A stretch of 64,000 bases of DNA from Myxococcota bacterium (GTDB taxonomy: Bacteria; Myxococcota_A; UBA9042; DTJE01). A program made the position numbers and the translations under genes. Location of the stretch: contig JAGOKF010000009.1 of assembly GCA_017994695.1 (NCBI GenBank), positions 4,461 to 68,460 of the forward strand, written 5' to 3'. Every line of letters starts with the position of its first letter. Positions within the stretch are counted from its first letter, which is position 1. The notes beneath the pieces were generated by a model. That model did not search any database. It worked only from the letters and a program-made list of their open reading frames with translations, and was not told the DNA's origin. Below are positions 58,097 through 64,000 of the stretch, piece after piece.

Positions 58097-59791
58097 TCAG
58101 TCGTTGGAACCGAGGTCCCAGGACAGCGTCTCTCCCGGCGAGAGGTGGACACGGAGATGCCGGGACAGGGGGAATTTCCGGGATTTCGCCTCCAGCCAGT
58201 GCTCTCCGGGATCCAGGTTCCGCAGAGTGACCCGCTCCCCCGGGAGCAGGACGCCCAGGCTCCTCGGGCCGTCGAACAACTCCTGGGGGTCCCCCAGTCG
58301 GTTCGTGATCACCAGCGTCGCCAGGGAGGATCCGAGGACCTGGGTGACCCTGGATCCCGAGGGAAGGGTCATGCGGTGCTCCGTGGAACGGAACGAGGTC
58401 ACCCCGACGGCCTCCAGCAGGTGCAGTCCGGGAGGAACGGCGACTTCCGAGCGCTCCTTCGGGGCAAGGACGGCGATCGGTTCCCGGTCCAGCAGCACCC
58501 GCACCTCCTCGTCGCGGTCGTTCCGGAGCAAGAGGGTGGCCTGGAGTGCGGGGATCGCCCATGCGACCTCCCCGCCGGCCGGGACCTGGATCTCGGCCTC
58601 CTGCACCTCCCGGTCCCGCTCCCCGAGGGCCTGGACCCGGTGGCGTCCCGGCGAGAGCCCCATCACCAGGCGGCGCCCCTTGGGGGCCACCCTGCCACGG
58701 TCCACGCCGTCCACACGCAGCCGCTGTTCCTGGAAGGTGGGGTTCTCGACCCGGAGGCCGCCCTGTTCGCCCTCCCGCTCGTCGGCCGACCCGGGGCGCA
58801 CCAGCCACAGGAGCGGGACATCCTCCGCCAGCACCATGCGGGTCCGGGCAACCACCTTCCCGTCGATCGTCGCTGCCGACAGCCGGACTCGCCCGGCGGG
58901 CAGCCCCCGGAACTCGGCCCCGCCTTCCGCCTCGCAGAGGCCCAGGGATCGACCGTCCATGCGGATCTGCACCGGGAAGGAAAGTTCCGAGATCACCGAC
59001 AGCGTGGCGCCCGGGGAGGGGATCCGGACCTCGCCGACCTCCCCGGTTTGAAGCAACGCCCGGCCTCTCCAGACGGGTCTCCCGACTTCGTCCGTGGCCG
59101 CCACGTCCACGGCATCCCCCTCGAGATCGACGAAGACGGTTTCCTCGTCGAGCGCCAGGGAACGGGCCGGGGATCCGGGAACCAGCACCCGGACCGGTCC
59201 GCCGGACTGGTTGAGGACCCGCAGGGCGGCCCGGGGGGGATGGATCGTCCAGGCCGGCACGACCCCGGGACCCACGGTGACGGACGCCTGCACCGCGAAC
59301 CCGGTCCGGGTGCCCTCGGCCTTCACCGCGACCGTACCGGGAGTCAGGCCGCTCCAGAGCCGGTCCGAGTCGGGCCAGAGGATCTCCCGGCTCTCCCCGT
59401 CCAGGAAGAGTCGCACCGGTTCGCCGGATCGGTTCCGGACGTTCAAGGCGCCGGTTGGAAGGGCCTTCAGGGCCGCCTCCTGGTCCGCCTCCCCGAGGAC
59501 CACCCAGCGGGTCTCCTGGGCCGGAACGAGGGTGACCATCGACACGAAGCGCCACCCGGTCCGGGCCCCCCGGGCTTCCACCGGGGCCTCCCCGGAAAGC
59601 AGGCGATCGATGACGGCCTCCCGGCCGGCTTCCAGTTCGGCCATCACCCGGTCTCCCCGGACGAAGACCTCCAGGGGCTCTCCGGCCCGGTTCACGACCC
59701 GCAGCACGCCTCCGGGGGACACGGAAGGGGGACGGGTGGCGGCGCAGGCCGTCCAGATCACCAGCCACAGCACCAGCGGGCCCGTCATCAT
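58097..59791 (-). CDS. Exported repeat protein with 7 tandem PEGA-like beta-sandwich repeats of about 75 aa
   Basis: Signal/lipobox LVLWLVIWTAC. Repeats begin LRVVNRAGEPLEVFVRGD, LNVRNRSGEPVRLFLDGE, LRVLNQSGGPVRVLVPGS, LLLRNDRDEEVRVLLDRE, LVITNRLGDPQELFDGPRS and so on, each with a downstream G-x-H/R-x-L/V motif. Confidence 0.55.
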   Translation of the reverse strand: MMTGPLVLWLVIWTACAATRPPSVSPGGVLRVVNRAGEPLEVFVRGDRVMAELEAGREAVIDRLLSGEAPVEARGARTGWRFVSMVTLVPAQETRWVVLGEADQEAALKALPTGALNVRNRSGEPVRLFLDGESREILWPDSDRLWSGLTPGTVAVKAEGTRTGFAVQASVTVGPGVVPAWTIHPPRAALRVLNQSGGPVRVLVPGSPARSLALDEETVFVDLEGDAVDVAATDEVGRPVWRGRALLQTGEVGEVRIPSPGATLSVISELSFPVQIRMDGRSLGLCEAEGGAEFRGLPAGRVRLSAATIDGKVVARTRMVLAEDVPLLWLVRPGSADEREGEQGGLRVENPTFQEQRLRVDGVDRGRVAPKGRRLVMGLSPGRHRVQALGERDREVQEAEIQVPAGGEVAWAIPALQATLLLRNDRDEEVRVLLDREPIAVLAPKERSEVAVPPGLHLLEAVGVTSFRSTEHRMTLPSGSRVTQVLGSSLATLVITNRLGDPQELFDGPRSLGVLLPGERVTLRNLDPGEHWLEAKSRKFPLSRHLRVHLSPGETLSWDLGSND

Positions 59792-59901
59792 CTTCCGGTT
59801 CACGGTTCGGCTCCCCGGCCAGCGGACGTCGAATCGTAGCAGAAAGGAGGGGGAGCCGGGCAGGTTGTTGAAGCGGGCCCCGATTGGCCTAGAATCGGGC
59901 C

Positions 59902-61665
59902 ATGGCGGCGATCCACTACCGGACCCTGACCATCGAGACCGGAGTCTTCTGCGGGAATCGCTGCTCCTTCTGCTACCAGCAGGCATACCGTTCCCTGCCG
60001 GACCATCCCCGGCTGGTGCCGGGGGAGGAGATCCGGAAACGGATGCAGTGGGGCCTGGCCCACCGCTACGACGAGGTATCGTTCACCGGCGGCGAGCCGA
60101 CGATCCGGCCAGACTTCATCGACCTGGTGCGTGCGGCCCGGGAGATGGGATATCGGCGGGTCGCGGTCACCACCAACGGTTCGAGGCTCGCGGACCCGGC
60201 ATTCTTCGCCCAGGCCGTGGAGGCGGGCCTGACCTCGATGGGGGTTTCCATCCACGGTCCCGACGCGGCGACCCACGAGGCGGCCACGGGGCGTCCGGGG
60301 TCCTTCGGCAAGGCCCTGCGGGCGATCCACCACGCGGTTTCGACCCGGCAATCCCTGCGACCGGTGCGACTGAACACCTTCACGGTGATCCACCGGGGCA
60401 ACGTGGGTCGGCTGCTGGAACTGTCCCGGGTGCTGGCAGGGCTGGGAGTGCGGCTCCAGGTCTTCCAGCCCGCGATCCTGGGGAAGTCCAACTTCCAGGA
60501 GGCGTCCCGGGTCCAGGTGGGGATCGACGAGATCGTGGAAGGTCTGCGGCCGGTCATCCTGGAGGGCATCGAACGGGGGTTCCGCGTCAAGCTGTTCAAC
60601 CTGCCCCCATGCCTGTTCCGGGACGTCCTGGAAGGGCTCGACCTGGACGCCTACCGGGAGGCCACGTTCCGGGAGCACGATGGCGACGCCCCGGTGGGAA
60701 ACGACCCGGAAGAGGAGCGCGGCTACGTCGAGACGCCCGCCTGCGCCTCCTGCGCCCTCCGGGGCACCTGTCCCGGGGTCCACGTCACCCTGCTTCCCCA
60801 GGAGGATCTGGCGGCCCATTTCGAGGAGTCGCTGCTGTCCATCGGGGCCTGGGACCATCCCCGCGTCTGGCTGTCGGGCACGGACCTGATGAGGCCTTCC
60901 ACGATCTACCGGGTCGTCCGGAAGGCCCGGCTGAACGGCTTCGAGGAGGTCCTGGTCACGACCGGGGGCGCGAGCCTCTGGGATGGCCGCGGCGGATGGA
61001 TCGCCATGCGGCAGGCGGGGGCTTCCCGGCTGGTGCTGGTCCACCATGCCCGGGATCCGCGTTCTTCGGACCGGCTGATCTGCCACGCGGGGAACGACGC
61101 CAACCTGGCGGGGTTGGTCCGGCGGTGGCGGGAGGAGGCTCCCGAGGGCCTCGGTCTCGGGATCCTGGTGCCCGTTTCCGACGGGGAGTGGCCCTTCCTG
61201 GAATCCGAGGAACTGCGGTGGCTGGAGGGTACGGAATGGGACCTGCTGCTGCGGGCACCCTGGAGGTCGGAAGGCAGGCCCGCGCTGCAGGCCCGGCGGA
61301 TCCGGGACTTCGTCGATCGGGCCCGGCGCATTCCCTCGAGGCCCAGGTCCATCATCCTCCAGGTTCCCTGGCCCCGGAGGTGGGAGGCGTTGGCCCTTCC
61401 CGGAATCGCCGTCTGCACGGGCGGGAGGCTCCGGTTCGATCTGACGGGCACGGTCCTGCCGACCGCCTTCCTGGAACCGCGCTACTCGGTGCTGAACTGG
61501 TCGCTTCCCCACCTGGGGGGGCAGGTCCTGTGCAGTCCCGGGGACCGGAGGGTTCCCATCCGGCCGCTCCGGGCGCGGTCCATCCAGGTCCAGGGGATCA
61601 CGCGGGAGATGCTGTTCCGCGCACGCCGGCGAGATGACGGGCCTGGAGGTCCAGCAGGTCCGTGA
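59902..61665 (+). CDS. Radical SAM protein with a C-terminal degenerate second barrel-like domain (587 aa)
   Basis: CGNRCSFCY (CxxxCxxC), FTGGEP, SIHGPD. A partial twitch-like CASCALRGTC. The C-terminal 300 aa lacks the Cys triad. A TAGAAT -10-like hexamer lies only 8 nt before the ATG, so the transcript may be leaderless. Confidence 0.7.
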   Translation: MAAIHYRTLTIETGVFCGNRCSFCYQQAYRSLPDHPRLVPGEEIRKRMQWGLAHRYDEVSFTGGEPTIRPDFIDLVRAAREMGYRRVAVTTNGSRLADPAFFAQAVEAGLTSMGVSIHGPDAATHEAATGRPGSFGKALRAIHHAVSTRQSLRPVRLNTFTVIHRGNVGRLLELSRVLAGLGVRLQVFQPAILGKSNFQEASRVQVGIDEIVEGLRPVILEGIERGFRVKLFNLPPCLFRDVLEGLDLDAYREATFREHDGDAPVGNDPEEERGYVETPACASCALRGTCPGVHVTLLPQEDLAAHFEESLLSIGAWDHPRVWLSGTDLMRPSTIYRVVRKARLNGFEEVLVTTGGASLWDGRGGWIAMRQAGASRLVLVHHARDPRSSDRLICHAGNDANLAGLVRRWREEAPEGLGLGILVPVSDGEWPFLESEELRWLEGTEWDLLLRAPWRSEGRPALQARRIRDFVDRARRIPSRPRSIILQVPWPRRWEALALPGIAVCTGGRLRFDLTGTVLPTAFLEPRYSVLNWSLPHLGGQVLCSPGDRRVPIRPLRARSIQVQGITREMLFRARRRDDGPGGPAGP

Positions 61666-63265
61666 CCTCCCGCTCGGTCCGATCCGGATCCCAGCCCAGT
61701 TCCACCGCCATCCGCTGGGCCGCCCGCCGCGCCGGGGTCTCCAGGGACGGGCCCGCCAGGTAGAACAGCAGGTTGCGGCGGGTCAGGACGTCCTCCAGGG
61801 TCAAGGCCATCTCCCGGCGGACGGCCCAGACCACCTCCGCCTCCAGCATCGGCCAGGGAGGGGCCAGAGGGTTCGCCAGGGACGGGTCCTCGGAGGCCAG
61901 GGCCAGGACCTCCTCGGCAAGACCGCCGTAGGCATGGACCAGGTGCCTGGCCACCGCCGGTTCCAGGCGATGGAGGCGCTGGAGGCGCAGGATCTCCTCC
62001 TGACGGCTCTGGTCGTCGGTGATCGCCCCCCGGTAGAAGAGGGGGCGGTCCGCGACGGCCCAGGGGGGAAGAGGGGAGGGGAGGAAGCCCCGGGCCGCCT
62101 CCAGGCACTCCCGGGCCATCAGGCGGTAGGTCGTCAGTTTCCCGCCGGCGATCGTGACGATACCCCGGGGGTCCACGTGGATCGAGTGCTCCCGGGAGAC
62201 CTTGCTGGCCGACACCCCTTCCTCCCGGAGCAGCGGCCGCAGCCCGGCCCAGGTTCCGAGGATGTCCCCGGTCTCCAGGGGCAGTTCGGGGAAGTGGTGC
62301 TTCAGGGCAGTCATCAGGTACTCGACGTCGGCGGTCGTGGCGACCACCCGGGCGGGGTCCTCGGGATCGTCCGTGTCCGTCGTCCCCACGATGGTGGCGT
62401 CGTGCCATGGGATGACGAAGAAGACGCGCCCGTCCTGGGGGGTCGTCGCCACGACGGCCTGTTCCAGGGGAAGGCGGCTCCTGGGGAAGACCAGGTGGAT
62501 GCCCTTGGTGGGACGAAGCCTCGGGCCGTCCCGGACTCCCAGAGCCGCATCGGTCGCCTCGGTCCAGGGGCCGGCGGCCACGATGACGGCCCGGGTGCGA
62601 AGGACGCCCTTCCGGCCGGGTTCCAGCAGGTCCTCGACCTCCAGCGCCTCGACCCGATTCCCCTGGAAACGGCTCCCGACGGCCCGGACGCGGCTCAGCG
62701 CGATTCCGCCCAGGGCGACCGCGTCCAGGACGTTTTCGAGGGTCAGGCGGGTATCGTCCGTCACCGCGTCGTAGTACCGCAGCCCTCCAGCAAGGCGATC
62801 GGTCCGGATCCCCGGGGCTTCCCGGACGAGGTCCTTCGCCGGCAGGCGCCGGTGAATCGGATCGCCCCGGAACCAGCGGAGGGCGTCATAGACGTAGAGC
62901 CCCAGGTCCAGGAACCAGAGGGGGTGCTTCGACCCCTTCCAGACGGGCATCAGGAAGGGCAGGGGGCGGACCAGGTGGGCGGCCAGCCGCTCCAGGCGCG
63001 TCCTCTCGGTCGTGCTTTCGTGGACCAGGCCGAACTCGAAGTTCTCCAGGTAGCGCAGGCCGCCGTGGACCAGTTTCGAGGACTTCGACGAGGTGCCGGA
63101 TGCGAAGTCGCCCTGCTCGACCAGGGCCACGCGGATCCCCCGGGCGGCCGCGTCCCGGAAGATCCCGGCCCCCGTGATGCCTCCCCCGACCACGACGAGA
63201 TCGAATTCCCCGGTGATGCTGCGGGACCAGGCCTTCTCCCTCCACGATTCCTCTCGGGGCGTCAT
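61598..63265 (-). CDS. glpD: FAD-dependent glycerol-3-phosphate dehydrogenase
   Basis: FAD motif DLVVVGGGITGAG and GlpD-family blocks (LVHGGLRYLE). Start taken at MTPREESW. The 3' end overlaps the radical SAM gene by 68 nt in a convergent arrangement. Confidence 0.85.
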   Translation of the reverse strand: MTPREESWREKAWSRSITGEFDLVVVGGGITGAGIFRDAAARGIRVALVEQGDFASGTSSKSSKLVHGGLRYLENFEFGLVHESTTERTRLERLAAHLVRPLPFLMPVWKGSKHPLWFLDLGLYVYDALRWFRGDPIHRRLPAKDLVREAPGIRTDRLAGGLRYYDAVTDDTRLTLENVLDAVALGGIALSRVRAVGSRFQGNRVEALEVEDLLEPGRKGVLRTRAVIVAAGPWTEATDAALGVRDGPRLRPTKGIHLVFPRSRLPLEQAVVATTPQDGRVFFVIPWHDATIVGTTDTDDPEDPARVVATTADVEYLMTALKHHFPELPLETGDILGTWAGLRPLLREEGVSASKVSREHSIHVDPRGIVTIAGGKLTTYRLMARECLEAARGFLPSPLPPWAVADRPLFYRGAITDDQSRQEEILRLQRLHRLEPAVARHLVHAYGGLAEEVLALASEDPSLANPLAPPWPMLEAEVVWAVRREMALTLEDVLTRRNLLFYLAGPSLETPARRAAQRMAVELGWDPDRTEREVTDLLDLQARHLAGVRGTASPA

Positions 63266-63362
63266 GATGACTCCTCCCAACTCCCGCCCTAGTGTAGTAG
63301 AATCATGACGCATTGCGTAAATCCTTTTTTTCGGTTCCCTGGGCAATTCGGGGAGGTGTGGG

Positions 63363-64000
63363 ATGGGCCGCATCGGGAAGGCCGGAACGTGCTGGGTGTG
63401 GTTGATTCTCCTGGCGATGCCATGCTGTTCGCCGGGATGCCGGCGCGTGGCCAGACCGGTGGCGCCCCCTGCGGAGGTGGAACCCGGGAAGCCTTCTCCC
63501 GCGACGGATGCCGGAACGCCCGTGGAGGCCGATTCCTCCCCCCCGGCCGCGGCGACGGGAGGGGCGGAACAGGCTCCCAGGGCCCGGACCCATCCCGATG
63601 CCCTGGGGAAGGACTACGGGCTGCTGGCGATGGGGGAGGTGGCGACGTCGGCCCAGGAGGAGGAGTTCTTCCGGCAGATGACCAACGCCAAGAGCGCCGA
63701 GCGGGCCTTCCAGGACATCAAGAAGGAAGGGGCCCGGTGGCTTCCCTTCCTGCACCGGGCCCTCCGTTCCACGAACCGGGAGGTCCGCATCCAGGCGGCG
63801 GTGATGCTCGGGTTGCTGAAGGACCGGACCCCCGGGACGATCGAGGCGATGCGGGACGCCCTCATCCTGGACCGGGACCCGGACGTCCGGGCGATGGTGG
63901 CCCGGTCGTTCCTGGCGATTCCCGCCCAGCGGGCCGTGGACCTGCTGGTCCGCATCCTGGAGGCCGATCCCTACGAGGCGGCCAGGGCCAACGCGGCCTG
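63363..64000 (+). CDS. HEAT-repeat (PBS-lyase-like) lipoprotein; 3' end lies outside the window
   Basis: ATG at 63363, lipobox LILLAMPCCS, an Ala/Pro-rich linker, then HEAT-like repeats (REVRIQAAVMLGLL, DPDVRAMVARSFLAI). The frame is open to the window end. Confidence 0.5.
   Translation, partial: MGRIGKAGTCWVWLILLAMPCCSPGCRRVARPVAPPAEVEPGKPSPATDAGTPVEADSSPPAAATGGAEQAPRARTHPDALGKDYGLLAMGEVATSAQEEEFFRQMTNAKSAERAFQDIKKEGARWLPFLHRALRSTNREVRIQAAVMLGLLKDRTPGTIEAMRDALILDRDPDVRAMVARSFLAIPAQRAVDLLVRILEADPYEAARANAA

Noticed and set aside
61598-61665. The 68-nt convergent overlap of the radical SAM and glpD 3' ends as evidence of a mis-called gene
   Set aside because: Both frames carry strong family motifs up to near their ends. 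Convergent 3' overlaps of this size occur in compact GC-rich genomes. I kept both genes and noted the overlap.
1-64000. Searches for CRISPR repeats, tRNA/rRNA genes, transposases, integrases and phage genes
   Set aside because: I found no short regularly spaced direct repeats, no tRNA-like T-loop/acceptor structures in the few intergenic gaps longer than 100 nt, and no proteins with transposase or integrase hallmarks. The window looks like core chromosome, not a mobile or defence island.

Overview
This window is very GC-rich (estimated by eye at about 70% or more), reads as ordinary chromosome, and shows Myxococcota-type signatures. Protein-coding density is high, with many ATGA or 8-nt start/stop overlaps that point to operons. 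Most of the dozens of long six-frame ORFs are Pro/Arg/Gly-rich antisense artefacts of the high GC; the real genes are the Ala/Leu/Glu/Arg-rich frames listed under features. I found no transposase, integrase, CRISPR array, tRNA or rRNA.

Gene content, in order along the window:
- A TMTC-like TPR membrane protein (5' partial), CvpA, a CPBP protease, and a sigma-54 activator translationally coupled to a GH92 alpha-mannosidase.
- A dNK-DUF192 pair, a PlsC-hydrolase fusion, and a GH2 hydrolase fused through a Myxococcus Cys-rich linker to a pectin-acetylesterase-like domain.
- A 650-aa Cys-rich repeat lipoprotein, and a two-module FAD-linked oxidase (GlcD/AGPS group) coupled to a GH5-like hydrolase.
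- A translationally coupled pair of diverged deoxynucleoside-kinase paralogs, then ornithine carbamoyltransferase, MutS2, DedA, an exported PHP-domain lipoprotein and a standalone EF-G paralog.
- A TatT-DctP-DctQ-DctM TRAP operon whose DctQ carries an 84-nt tandem repeat.
- A HEAT-repeat protein and an unknown membrane protein flanking an AgmX/PglI-like TonB-C protein plus TolQ, TolR, TolR (an Agl/Glt-like motor module).
- A Mla-like MCE transporter with doubled ATPase and permease genes plus a NifX-like protein.
- A UPF0104-DUF4124-SLT fusion, then BamD, CdnL, an 1848-aa secreted TPR giant and CdsA.
- A 7x PEGA-like repeat lipoprotein divergent from an unusual 587-aa radical SAM protein, then GlpD and a HEAT-repeat lipoprotein (3' partial).

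The only clearly AT-richer stretch (6713..7106) holds a near-consensus sigma-54 promoter pointing into the activator-GH92 operon, and a TGTAACAGA direct-repeat pair.

The segments I consider most likely to hide an undescribed system are, in this order: the Agl/Glt-like motor cluster, the doubled Mla-like transporter with its NifX-like partner, the coupled dNK-paralog pair, and the radical-SAM / PEGA-repeat pair.
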